This document shows, piece after piece, positions 47,485 to 56,716 of a DNA stretch of 64,000 nt (position 1 is its first letter; every line of letters starts with the position of its first letter). Under the pieces are notes generated by a model, which saw nothing but the letters and a program-made list of their open reading frames with translations, had not been told where the DNA came from and searched no databases. Source of the DNA: Vulcanimicrobiota bacterium (lineage in GTDB: Bacteria > Vulcanimicrobiota > Xenobia > Xenobiales > JADMJV01); assembly GCA_050250895.1 (NCBI GenBank), contig JBFWNU010000001.1, positions 1,448,008 to 1,512,007 of the forward strand, given 5' to 3'. The position numbers and the translations under genes were made by a program.

Positions 47485-48545
47485 TTTCCGAGTATGGTGA
47501 GGGGCGCCTGGAGCAGGCGTGGGGCTTCCCAGACTTCTTCCAGCCAACCTTTGAGGGCGCCTACGTAGGCGTCTTCGCAGGCTCGAAAGGTCGATTCCTC
47601 GAGGCCTCCAAAGGTGCCACTATATTCCTGGCCTTTCTCGTCCCGGCCGATCCAGCTTCCGTAGAGAAAACGATCTCCATCACTCAGGCCGGCCTTCCAT
47701 ACCCCCTCGAAGGGAACGCCGTGGATCCTTCCCCGGATCGGTCCTACGAAAGTCTCTTCGCTGTCGGCCTCGGCTTCTCCCTGAAGATCGAGCTTCCAGT
47801 CGTAGTCGCTGGCCGAGGACTCGTAGGTGCCCTGGAGCTTTCCCTCCTGCAGGTCCAGGGCGAGTTTTCCTACCGAACGTTCGAACGCTTCCTTGAGAGT
47901 GCCCAAGAAACGATTCGGCTTGACCTCGGGTTGGTCGAGCAAGAACAGCGAGGCCGCCTCGAAGAGGTGGGCCAGATCGTGAATGTGAAAAACCAGTCCT
48001 CGCTCGCGCTCGATCTGAACTCGCTCTTCCGGCGTCAGCATCATCACCGACACCAGCTGGTCACTCCCTTCACAGAGCTCGAAGCGATAGTAGGGGTGAA
48101 TCAGCAGTTGGTTGACTTCTTTGAGAATCTCGACGTCGATCAGGTTGGGTGAGTGGAGCGCCTCGAGGGTGTAAGGAAACTCCTCCACCAGAAATTCGAC
48201 CCAGATCGGACCCTGAGGCCCGTCCCATCGCTCCTTAATGGATGCTGGTGCGAAGGCGCCGCGCGAAATGGCCGCCCATTGCCGAAGGGTGTCTTCATAG
48301 ACCCGCTTCTCGGCCTCAATCGTTTGATCGGGATCCTCGGTCCAGACGCGAATCTCATCCCAGCGCAGGGCTTGCAGATCGGCGGTGAAGTCTTGAGGGT
48401 CAAACACTCCGCCGGCCTCTTCTTCAAGAGCGATCAAGACCTCGACCAGATCTTGATCTTCGAGTTCGCGATAGGCCCCGAAAAAGCCGAAGGGCCGATA
48501 GTAGCGGACCAGGCCCAACAACCAGGATTCTACTGCATCACTCAT
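47481..48545 (-). CDS. hypothetical acidic protein
   Basis: Long ORF with typical codon usage; start ATG 48545. Confidence 0.65.
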   Translation of the reverse strand: MSDAVESWLLGLVRYYRPFGFFGAYRELEDQDLVEVLIALEEEAGGVFDPQDFTADLQALRWDEIRVWTEDPDQTIEAEKRVYEDTLRQWAAISRGAFAPASIKERWDGPQGPIWVEFLVEEFPYTLEALHSPNLIDVEILKEVNQLLIHPYYRFELCEGSDQLVSVMMLTPEERVQIERERGLVFHIHDLAHLFEAASLFLLDQPEVKPNRFLGTLKEAFERSVGKLALDLQEGKLQGTYESSASDYDWKLDLQGEAEADSEETFVGPIRGRIHGVPFEGVWKAGLSDGDRFLYGSWIGRDEKGQEYSGTFGGLEESTFRACEDAYVGALKGWLEEVWEAPRLLQAPLTILGK

Positions 48546-48589
48546 TCCAGGCAAGAACCCTTCGCAGAGCGACGAAGGGTCGCCTGCCA

Positions 48590-48985
48590 ATGCATCCTGA
48601 ACTAGCCCCCCTCTATCGATCCGAACACCCCGAGCAGAGTGTGCTCGCTTTGAAACGCTTCTTGCTAGTGGCTAAAAGCCGCGGCGACGCGGCTCTATGC
48701 GCCGAGTTGCTCGGGTTGGTGGCCCGCTGCCAGTGGCTGGCCGGCGAACTCGATGCCGCCCAGGAGAGCCTCAACGATGTCGAGTTCGTCTTGATCGACT
48801 CGAAATTGCGGGGGGGGCAGGTCGAAGCCCGCTACCTGATGGAGCGGGCTCTCTGGTTTGCCGCCTGCGGTCTGGCCGCACCGGCCGCCAAGAGCGCCCG
48901 CGAGAGCCTGGCCCTGGCCGAGGAGCCTCTGGCCGGCGAACTCGAGGCGCTCTGGAGCGAGTTATCCGACGGCCGTCGGGGCTAG
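48590..48985 (+). CDS. hypothetical TPR-like helical protein
   Basis: ELLGLVARCQWLAGELDAAQESL..ARYLMERA pattern. Confidence 0.55.
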   Translation: MHPELAPLYRSEHPEQSVLALKRFLLVAKSRGDAALCAELLGLVARCQWLAGELDAAQESLNDVEFVLIDSKLRGGQVEARYLMERALWFAACGLAAPAAKSARESLALAEEPLAGELEALWSELSDGRRG

Positions 48986-49972
48986 TTTCGAGGCCAGGTA
49001 TTCCTCGGCTTCCATGGCCGCTTTACAGCCCATTCCGGCGGCCGTAATGGCTTGTCGATAGCGTTTGTCCACCACGTCACCGCAGGCATAGACCCCTTCG
49101 AGGTTGGTCTTCACGTCTTCGGTTACGCTGTGGCCCTTGACGGTGACGATGTAGCCCTCTTCGTCGGTGGTCACCCGGCCTCCCAAAAAATCGGTATTGG
49201 GAATGTGGCCAATGCCCAGGAACATGCCATCACAAGCCACCGTTCGGCGCTCGGTGCGAGGGTCATCGAGCTTGTCTGAAGGTGCCCCCTCGGGATGGGT
49301 GATCACCTCGACCCCACTCACCGCCCCCGTTTCATGGTCGCCCAGCACGCTGACGACTTCGCTGTTCCACAGGAACTCGATCTTGGCGTGCTCGAGGGCC
49401 CGCTGCTGCATGATTTTCGAGGCTCGCAAGGCTTCGCGCCGGTGGATCACGATCACCTTGGTGGCGAATCGAGTCAGAAAGAGGGCCTCTTCCATGGCCG
49501 AATCCCCGCCCCCGATGACGGTGACCACCTGGTCGCGAAAGAAGGCTCCGTCGCAGGTGGCGCACGAACTGACCCCACGTCCGAACATCTCGCCTTCGCC
49601 GGGCACGTCGAGGCGTCGGGCTCTGGCTCCGGTGGCCAGAATCAGCGAGTCGGCGGTGATGCGCTTGCCGTTGTCGAGTTCGACCGTATACGGCGGTCCG
49701 CCATCTTCGAGCCTGGCGATCAGGCCATACTCGTAGCGGGCGCCGAAGCGCTGAGCTTGCTGCTTCATATTTTCGATCAGGTCAAAGCCCCCAACCCCCT
49801 CGGGAAAGCCCGGAAAGTTCTCGACATCCGACGTCAAGGAGAGCTGACCACCGGGCTCGTTGCCCTCGAGCACCAGGGGTTTGAGGTCGGCGCGAGCGGC
49901 GTAGATGGCGGCCGTGTGACCGGCACAACCTGACCCGGCGATGAGCACGCTGACGTGTTCGGAATTCGACAT
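48962..49972 (-). CDS. trxB: thioredoxin-disulfide reductase
   Basis: GSGCAG, GGQL, VENFPGF, CATCDG, GGGDSAMEEA, HRR, GDVVD..YRQA; RBS AGGAG. Confidence 0.95.
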   Translation of the reverse strand: MSNSEHVSVLIAGSGCAGHTAAIYAARADLKPLVLEGNEPGGQLSLTSDVENFPGFPEGVGGFDLIENMKQQAQRFGARYEYGLIARLEDGGPPYTVELDNGKRITADSLILATGARARRLDVPGEGEMFGRGVSSCATCDGAFFRDQVVTVIGGGDSAMEEALFLTRFATKVIVIHRREALRASKIMQQRALEHAKIEFLWNSEVVSVLGDHETGAVSGVEVITHPEGAPSDKLDDPRTERRTVACDGMFLGIGHIPNTDFLGGRVTTDEEGYIVTVKGHSVTEDVKTNLEGVYACGDVVDKRYRQAITAAGMGCKAAMEAEEYLASKLAPTAVG

Positions 49973-50084
49973 GAGAAAGCTCCTAGAATGGTAAGATGGC
50001 CTCAGGGCGTTTGCCAGTTTAACAAGTCCTTCCCAACTTGTAAATCGAGCAGGGATTCGAACAACCGCAGGCGCAGCAATCTGC

Positions 50085-50978
50085 ATGGGTTGTCAAAAGA
50101 TTTTGGGACAAGAGATTGCGGGGCGTGTTCGTCAGCGAGTCAAAGAGCGAGCCGCTGAATTCAAAGCCCGGACCGGGGTGGTTGCAGGGTTGGCAACCTT
50201 GCTGGTGGGCGATGACCCGGCCAGTCACACGTACGTGCGCATGAAGCATCAGGCCTGCAGCGAGTCGGGACTGCGTTCGTTTGGCAAGAACCTGCCTTCG
50301 ACCGCCACCCAGGCCGAGGTCGAAGCGGCTGTGCGCGAACTGGCCGACAATCCCGATGTGCACGGCATTCTGGTGCAGTTGCCGCTGCCTGCCCATATCG
50401 ATGAGGCGGCGGTATTGGCCGGCGTTCCCCTCGAGAAGGACGTGGACGGATTTCATCCGGTCAACATGGGTCTGTTGGCCCAGAAGGGCTCGAAGCCACA
50501 CTTCGTACCCTGCACTCCGGCCGGCTGCATGGTCTTGCTCGAAGAGAGCGGGATCACCCTCGAAGGAGCCCGGGCGGTGGTGGTCGGTCGGAGCAATATC
50601 GTCGGCATGCCGGTGGCCTTGTTGTTGCTCGAACGCAACGCCACCGTGACCATTGTCCATTCCCGCACCAAGGACATGACGGCTCACCTCAAAGAGGCCG
50701 ATGTGGTGGTGGTGGCCATCGGCAAGCCGGGCTTTATCACCGGCGAGATGCTCAAGCCCGGGGCGGCCGTCATCGATGTCGGCATCAATAAGATCGACGC
50801 GCCCGACCATCCGCGCGGCTATCGCATCGTCGGCGATGTCGACTTCCCATCGGCCGAGAAGGTGGCCGGTTATTTGACCCCGGTTCCGGGTGGGGTCGGG
50901 CCGATGACCATTGCGATGCTGTTGTCCAACACTCTCGAGGCCGCCCTGGCGGCAACACCGGAGCCCGCCCGGCCGTGA
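50085..50978 (+). CDS. folD: methylenetetrahydrofolate dehydrogenase/cyclohydrolase
   Basis: YVRMK, GILVQLPLP, KDVDGFHP, PCTP, GRSNIVG, TPVPGGVGPMT. Confidence 0.96.
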   Translation: MGCQKILGQEIAGRVRQRVKERAAEFKARTGVVAGLATLLVGDDPASHTYVRMKHQACSESGLRSFGKNLPSTATQAEVEAAVRELADNPDVHGILVQLPLPAHIDEAAVLAGVPLEKDVDGFHPVNMGLLAQKGSKPHFVPCTPAGCMVLLEESGITLEGARAVVVGRSNIVGMPVALLLLERNATVTIVHSRTKDMTAHLKEADVVVVAIGKPGFITGEMLKPGAAVIDVGINKIDAPDHPRGYRIVGDVDFPSAEKVAGYLTPVPGGVGPMTIAMLLSNTLEAALAATPEPARP

Positions 50979-51247
50979 TCATCATCGGGTGGGGGCACCA
51001 GAAGCTCAAGCGGCTTGGGCCGGTCAACAAGCTCGTCTGTCCCAACTGCCGCAACGAAGATTTCTGGGAATTGCGCCAGGTCAGCACCTGGTTCACCTTC
51101 TTCTTCATCCCGATCTTTCCTTATAGCAGCCAGAGCTATCTCTGTTGTCCCATCTGCGCGGCCTCGCGCGAGGTAGAGGGCAGCGAACTAGAGGCCTGTC
51201 GCAGCCAGGCAGAGCAGAATCTGGCTCGTCTCAAGGAGACGGGATGA
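50975..51247 (+). CDS. zinc-ribbon domain protein
   Basis: IIIGWG, CPNC, WFTFFFIPIFP, CPIC. Confidence 0.8.
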   Translation: MIIIGWGHQKLKRLGPVNKLVCPNCRNEDFWELRQVSTWFTFFFIPIFPYSSQSYLCCPICAASREVEGSELEACRSQAEQNLARLKETG

Positions 51248-52452
51248 TCTCGCCGCATTTCGAGCGCCTGCTCTATGATGCCGACCTGACCAACTTCGAA
51301 ACCTACATCCGTCTGGCCGTCCAGGTCGGCTCGAGCGATGTTCACTTCGAGCCGATGCCGGGCGAGTTGCGCATTCGGCTACGCATTGAAGGAGAGCTGG
51401 CTGAAGCCGTGCGCTTGCCTCATCCAGGAGGCAACAAACCCCACCCCTGCGTGGTGCAGATCAAGGCCCGCAGTGACCTCAGCCTGCAGTCGCGAGTGCC
51501 CGAAGACGGCCGCTTCGACCTCATGGTCGAGGGCGCGCCCCTGAGCATGCGCGTGGCCACGATGCCTCAGGTTTGGGGCGAGAAGGTGGTCATTCGCATC
51601 TTCGACGTCAACCGTATCGAGTCGCTGACCGGATTGGGCTTTCGCGAACAGAACCTCAAATCTGTCCAGGATTTGGCCGACCGCAGTTCAGGCATGTTGC
51701 TGGTGACCGGACCCACGGGCTCGGGCAAGACCACCACCCTGTATTCGCTGCTGAACTATCTCAATCGACCCAGCCGCAACCTGGTGACGGTGGAAGATCC
51801 GGTCGAGTATTTTTTCTACGGTGTCAATCAGATCCAGGTTTCTCACCAGGGGGTAACCTTTCAGTCGGCTCTGCGGGCCCTGTTGCGTCACGACCCTGAC
51901 GTCATCATGCTGGGCGAGATTCGCGATCGCGAAACCGCCGAGACGGCCTTTCACGCGGCGACGACCGGTCACCTGGTCCTGACCACGGTGCACGCCAAAG
52001 ACTGCATTGGCGCCCTCATGCGCCTGCTCGACCTGGGCGTGCCGCCGCTGATTTTATCGCAGGTGGTCAACGGAGTGGTGGCTCAGCGCCTGGTGCCGCG
52101 GCTTTGCACCCACTGCGCCAAGCGTGATTACCATCCGCCCCTCGAGCAGATTCCGACCTACCACAGCGTGGGCTGCGAACGCTGTCTGCAAACTGGCTTT
52201 ATCGACCGCCAGGGGGTGCAAGAGCTGCTCGTGATGACCGACACGCTGCGCAAGATGCTGGCCTTCGAGACGCCCGAAGAAGAGTTTCATCTGGTAGCCC
52301 TCAAGGAGGGCATGGAAACGCTCAAAGAGGATGCCCTCTACAAGTCGATTTCGGGCACCATCAATTATCGAGATGCCATCGGGATCTCCGACGAGCCCCT
52401 CGACCGGATCGTGGCCGACATGCCGCGGCTGGCCGCCTATATGGAGTTATAG
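51244..52452 (+). CDS. GspE/PilB-family secretion ATPase (short, no N-terminal MshEN-type domain)
   Basis: SDVHFEP, PEDGRF, GPTGSGKTT, VEDPVEY, LRHDPDVIMLGEIRD, TGHLVLTTVH, CTHC..CERC. Confidence 0.92.
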   Translation: MISPHFERLLYDADLTNFETYIRLAVQVGSSDVHFEPMPGELRIRLRIEGELAEAVRLPHPGGNKPHPCVVQIKARSDLSLQSRVPEDGRFDLMVEGAPLSMRVATMPQVWGEKVVIRIFDVNRIESLTGLGFREQNLKSVQDLADRSSGMLLVTGPTGSGKTTTLYSLLNYLNRPSRNLVTVEDPVEYFFYGVNQIQVSHQGVTFQSALRALLRHDPDVIMLGEIRDRETAETAFHAATTGHLVLTTVHAKDCIGALMRLLDLGVPPLILSQVVNGVVAQRLVPRLCTHCAKRDYHPPLEQIPTYHSVGCERCLQTGFIDRQGVQELLVMTDTLRKMLAFETPEEEFHLVALKEGMETLKEDALYKSISGTINYRDAIGISDEPLDRIVADMPRLAAYMEL

Positions 52453-53213
52453 AAAGCTTCGAGTCGCTCCATGGCGCGCTCGAGTTCTCGCGTAGCCGGA
52501 GTCGAGGGTTGATAGCCGAGCCGGTGATAAGCGCTACGCAAGCGCTCGAAGCTGGGGATGGTCTGGCTGACATCACTGTAGCCGGTCGCCTGGCGCTCGA
52601 AGGCTTCGGCCGCCAGCACCAACCGGCGCCAATCGTCGGGCCACACATTGTTGGGCTGGCCAGCTCCGAAGCGATAGCGTAGCCAGCCACGGTTGCCCAC
52701 TCGCCGGGCCGTGTCGTGAAGATTGCGAGCCTCGCGCAGCAAAGCCTGAGGATTTTCGAAGACGGCGGGGGCGACCGGGCCGGTTAACGGAAACGAGGCC
52801 AGGTGCTCTCCCGCCGGGGAGGCTTTGCCACCGAACCGGGCCCGCAGCTCCCGAAGCTGGTCTTCCAGGGCTTTGGCCTGGGCGACCAGGTCGTCGACGG
52901 GGTTTTGCAGGCCCGAGACCGAGCCGCTGGTTTGCAGGCCCCGCCGGGCGCTGGCCAGGGCGTCGATCTCGGGCCCTAGCCGATCGACTCCTCGGGCGGG
53001 CAGCGCCTCGGCCAGTCTCTGGCTAGCCTGGGCCAGGGCCTCGAGGTCCTGGCGGGCCAGACCCTGGCCCCAGGTGAGCTGGCCTCGATCGAGTTGGGCG
53101 GCCAGTTCGGTGGCCCGCTGGTTGAGGGTGTGACTGGTTTCTAACAACGTTTGGGCCCAGCCGGGACCGACCAGGCTGACGAGCAGGATCATGAGGATCG
53201 ATAGGTTTCGCAT
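52437..53213 (-). CDS. secreted helical hypothetical protein
   Basis: Signal peptide MRNLSILMILLVSLVGPGWA; TATAAT 6 nt upstream of the ATG. Confidence 0.7.
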   Translation of the reverse strand: MRNLSILMILLVSLVGPGWAQTLLETSHTLNQRATELAAQLDRGQLTWGQGLARQDLEALAQASQRLAEALPARGVDRLGPEIDALASARRGLQTSGSVSGLQNPVDDLVAQAKALEDQLRELRARFGGKASPAGEHLASFPLTGPVAPAVFENPQALLREARNLHDTARRVGNRGWLRYRFGAGQPNNVWPDDWRRLVLAAEAFERQATGYSDVSQTIPSFERLRSAYHRLGYQPSTPATRELERAMERLEAFYNSI

Positions 53214-53264
53214 ATCTCTATTATACCCAGAGGAAGTAAGTGGGGTTGCTCTGGTCGAAAGTGG

Positions 53265-53669
53265 ATGGCAATGGCTCAGGATTTTGCACGGATTTTTGAC
53301 CAGACCCGCGCCATCGCAGTGGTCGGCATCAGCGAGAAGCCATGGCGAGCCGGCCACTACGTGCCCGAATATCTGGCCCAGCAGGGCTTCCAGATTCTAG
53401 GGGTGACCCCCACCGGTCACAGTTCGCTGGCCGAGCAATCGGCCACGACCCTGGCGGGGTTGGAGCGGCCGGTCGAGCTGGTGTTGATGTTTCGCCGCAG
53501 CGATCAGGTTGGCGAGCACCTGGCCGATATTCTCAGCGTCGAGCCCCTGCCGCGAGTGGTCTGGATGCAGTCGGGCATTCGCAATGAGGTCTTCGCTCGG
53601 GCTTTGCAAGCGAGGGGGATCGAGGTGGTCAGCGACCGCTGCGCCATGGTCGAGCATCGACTGCTATGA
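53265..53669 (+). CDS. CoA-binding protein (YccU-like)
   Basis: IAVVGISEKPWR, VLMFRRS, VVWMQSGI, VVSDRC. Confidence 0.88.
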   Translation: MAMAQDFARIFDQTRAIAVVGISEKPWRAGHYVPEYLAQQGFQILGVTPTGHSSLAEQSATTLAGLERPVELVLMFRRSDQVGEHLADILSVEPLPRVVWMQSGIRNEVFARALQARGIEVVSDRCAMVEHRLL

Positions 53670-54304
53670 CACGTCGCTACAAATTTCACATCGATTTGCG
53701 CGCTTTGAATCGAGTCGCGCCACCCCAACGAGATGACGGCTTCCAGCTGTCTGAGCAGTTGCGTGAGCAGGTGGGCGATACCTCGCGTTGGGAGTTGTTG
53801 CAACGGGCCATCGAGGCGGTGCCAGAGCTGAGTAGCTGGTCGCCTGAGTGGCAGGACCCTCTGTTGGGCGAAGAGATGATGATGACCTACAACGCTTCTT
53901 TGCGCAGGGCCCGCTCGGCCAGACCCGGCGCCTACGAGCGCAACGCTATCAATTTCAACGTGTTCTTCGATTCTGACGGGATCAAACACGTGGTCTCGCG
54001 CCCGGTGCACGAGCCCCACGACCGCGTCTCTGAACTGATGATCAGTCCCAACGGCATCATCCTGCGGTTGGCTTACGAGCGCGTCACCGGGCCGCGACAG
54101 AACACCGACGACCTTTTCGAAGATGGCCTGTGCGCCCTCGATAGTGACGAAGAAGCTCACCGTTTCGTGCGCTATCCTGGCTATGAACTGCGCCAGGAAC
54201 GCTTCGAGCCCGAGCAAGAGACGCTGGTCGACGTGCTCGAGCAGGTGTTGTTCTATGATCTCGAGCGCCGCGAACTGGCGGTGCGCCCGGTCGCCCCCGA
54301 CTAG
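53666..54304 (+). CDS. hypothetical protein
   Basis: ATGA overlap with the upstream gene; 212-aa ORF. Confidence 0.65.
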   Translation: MTRRYKFHIDLRALNRVAPPQRDDGFQLSEQLREQVGDTSRWELLQRAIEAVPELSSWSPEWQDPLLGEEMMMTYNASLRRARSARPGAYERNAINFNVFFDSDGIKHVVSRPVHEPHDRVSELMISPNGIILRLAYERVTGPRQNTDDLFEDGLCALDSDEEAHRFVRYPGYELRQERFEPEQETLVDVLEQVLFYDLERRELAVRPVAPD

Positions 54305-55002
54305 ATGACGTCGTTGAATTCGGTGCCCGGGATGATGGGGTTGTTGAACAGGTCGAACACGCCCACGGCCTTGCTCATCATCGAGGTGAGTTCTTTGCCG
54401 AACTTGGCTCCGGCCCAGGGATCTTCGGGCTCTTTCTTGGGACCGTTGCGCAGGCCCTGGAAGGCTTCCAGGAACAGGCGATAGTCCGCCCGGCGGTAGG
54501 GCTCGTCGCCGGTGAACTGGCCCAGTTGATCTTGCACCACTTTCGAGAGACGACTGACCATGTTTGCCAGCTTGCCGGTGGTGGTGTGAGGGCCTTCGGT
54601 TGGACCGTGGTCGGCCAGGAAGCGAGCCTGGATTTCGCGGCTGTTGTCGCTAAACGAGGCGCGCAGCAACTCCTGGCGCTCGTGGCGGGGGCGCTCGAAG
54701 CGGTGAGCCTTGCGAGCTTCTTTGTTCTCTTTGCCAGCGGCCGCGCCGGTGGCACCGAGGGCGGGGCGCTCGATAGCCGATTGGTAGCGGCGGCGACGCC
54801 GAACCTTGGGGGTTTCGGTGAAGGTGCCGGTGAGCGCGCCCTGGGTGGCCGCTTGCGAGCTGCTGCCGCCCTGGGACACATCAGCACTAGCCGAGGCGAG
54901 AACACGCTGGGAGCGAGTGCTCTTGCGAGTCCCTTTGGGACTCATCATCTGGGCTTGGCCGGTGTTGGCCGCCATCATGGTCGCGTTCTGGTTGACGTTC
55001 AT
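54301..55002 (-). CDS. hypothetical protein with low-complexity N-terminus
   Basis: RBS GGGGGAG; N/Q/M/A-rich start, Arg-rich middle. Confidence 0.7.
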   Translation of the reverse strand: MNVNQNATMMAANTGQAQMMSPKGTRKSTRSQRVLASASADVSQGGSSSQAATQGALTGTFTETPKVRRRRRYQSAIERPALGATGAAAGKENKEARKAHRFERPRHERQELLRASFSDNSREIQARFLADHGPTEGPHTTTGKLANMVSRLSKVVQDQLGQFTGDEPYRRADYRLFLEAFQGLRNGPKKEPEDPWAGAKFGKELTSMMSKAVGVFDLFNNPIIPGTEFNDVI

Positions 55003-55050
55003 GGCTCCCCCCTATAGTAGCCCGAAGCAAGTCTCGAGGCGAGGCCCGTT

Positions 55051-55109
55051 TGTAACAGCGAGGCACATGATGTTGACTTTTTGTTAACCGTTGTTGAGAA
55101 ATTGTTACA
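55051..55109 (-). promoter_or_regulatory. GTTAAC-like direct repeats upstream of 54301-55002
   Basis: TGTAAC 55051-56, GTTGAC 55072-77, GTTAAC 55083-88, GTTGAG 55093-98, GTTACA 55104-09; TACTAT on minus strand at 55019-55014. Confidence 0.55.
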
Positions 55110-55161
55110 GCTGGCAGGGGTGGGGGGATGGGATCCGGGGGGTTCTGTCAAAGGGACAGTC

Positions 55162-55899
55162 ATGGCCGCAGACAGTGTTCCTATAACGGTTTGGAAGCCC
55201 CTCGAAACCTGCCTGGAAGAACTCAAATCCATTCTCTCCCAGGATCTTCTGGCAGTGGTGCTCTACGGCAGCGCAGCCCGAGGCGATTTTGCCGCCGGAA
55301 CCTCGGACCTCAACTTGATGGTAGTGACCCGCTCTTTCTCGACCCATCAATTACGCGAGGTCACCGCCACCATCCAGGCCGCCTGGCGGGCCGTCCGGCT
55401 CGATCCCTTCATCCTGACCCTGGAGGAATTGCGGCGTTCGGCCGACGTTTTTCCCCTGCGCTACCACGAGATCAAGAGTTGCTATCGCCTGCTGGCCGGT
55501 GAGGACGTGCTCGAGGACATCTTCGTGCACGACGAGCACTTGCGTTTGGCCTGCGAGCGAGAAGCCAAGCAGATGGTGCTCAGGTTGCGCCAGCTGTACA
55601 TGCTCAGAGCCGGCCTGCGGCCGGCTCTGAGAGAGACGTTGATCTCGACCATCAACCCATTCTTGCGGCTGTTGGCCGTGGCCCTGCAATTGACCGGCAA
55701 GAATCCCCCCGAGGATCTCGAGCAGATGTTGGAACTGGCCAGCCGCGAACTCGAGGTTCCGGCCGATGCGCTCTTTCGGGTGTGGTCGTTGCGATTTTCC
55801 ACCCAACCAACAGAAGAGGCGATCCTGACAGGCCTCTATGAACAGTTCATAGAGTGCGCCGTCGGGCTCGCCTCTTACGTTGACCGTCTAGGGGTCTAG
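55162..55899 (+). CDS. Pol-beta-type nucleotidyltransferase domain protein
   Basis: LYGSAARGD..SDLNLMVV, SADVFPL; helical C-terminal domain. Confidence 0.8.
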   Translation: MAADSVPITVWKPLETCLEELKSILSQDLLAVVLYGSAARGDFAAGTSDLNLMVVTRSFSTHQLREVTATIQAAWRAVRLDPFILTLEELRRSADVFPLRYHEIKSCYRLLAGEDVLEDIFVHDEHLRLACEREAKQMVLRLRQLYMLRAGLRPALRETLISTINPFLRLLAVALQLTGKNPPEDLEQMLELASRELEVPADALFRVWSLRFSTQPTEEAILTGLYEQFIECAVGLASYVDRLGV

Positions 55900-55900
55900 C

Positions 55901-56518
55901 TTAGAGCCGGTCGTTGCTGGTCTCTTGGGGACCGCGGGTGCCGGGCACGACCTGGGCATTGGCGGCTTCGCCGACATTGCCGACTTTGTCGGTCTCGTTG
56001 ACGTTGCCGACCGCTGGCGTGCCGGCGATGCCGGCTGCGCCCTGCGCGGCTGAATCCGAGCCGGCCGCCTCGGTGGCCTTACTGCCATGGCCCTGGCTGG
56101 CGGCTTCAGACCCGCCCACCTGACCGGCCGAGTCGTCGGTGCTCTGACTGCTCTCGCGGCTGCTGTTGCCCGACCCGCTCGAACTGGCTCCGCTATAGGT
56201 GTCGTAGAGCGACTGAAGATTGTTGTTGGTGTTGGTCTCTTGCACGCCGCCGACCTGTTGGGTCGAGGACAGTTGCTGAGCTTCGGGCGATAGCCCAGCC
56301 GAGTCTTGAATGTTCTGAGCGCCGGCCGCGGCGGCAGCCGCTCCTCCGACCTCGCCGACCTTGCCGTCGTCTTCACCGGCGCCACCGGCTGCCGGGGCCT
56401 GGAAGCGCTGGCTGAGGGCGGCGGCGCCTTGAGAACCGCCTGCTCCGATAGAGAGATCGCTCGAGCCGCCTTTGGACCCGATCGCTCCGATTGCCATATC
56501 ATCTTTGTGGTGGGACAT
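55901..56518 (-). CDS. Gly/Ser/Ala-rich disordered protein
   Basis: RBS GAGGAGG before ATG 56518; 205 aa; contains DSAGLSPEAQQL. Confidence 0.7.
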   Translation of the reverse strand: MSHHKDDMAIGAIGSKGGSSDLSIGAGGSQGAAALSQRFQAPAAGGAGEDDGKVGEVGGAAAAAAGAQNIQDSAGLSPEAQQLSSTQQVGGVQETNTNNNLQSLYDTYSGASSSGSGNSSRESSQSTDDSAGQVGGSEAASQGHGSKATEAAGSDSAAQGAAGIAGTPAVGNVNETDKVGNVGEAANAQVVPGTRGPQETSNDRL

Positions 56519-56716
56519 CAAATCCTCCTCTGGTTGCCTGCAAAAGCAGTATATCTCAAGGGTCGAGCGACTGTCTCGAATTTCCAGGAAAGTTAACTCA
56601 TGGCAACAACTCGCGGATCTTTTAACATGTTGGAAACACTTTTGGCTGGACAAGGACTCTCGTCGAAACTGTCTCTGACGGCAGCGGTGAGACGGGGCGA
56701 GGTGAAGTGAGATGGT

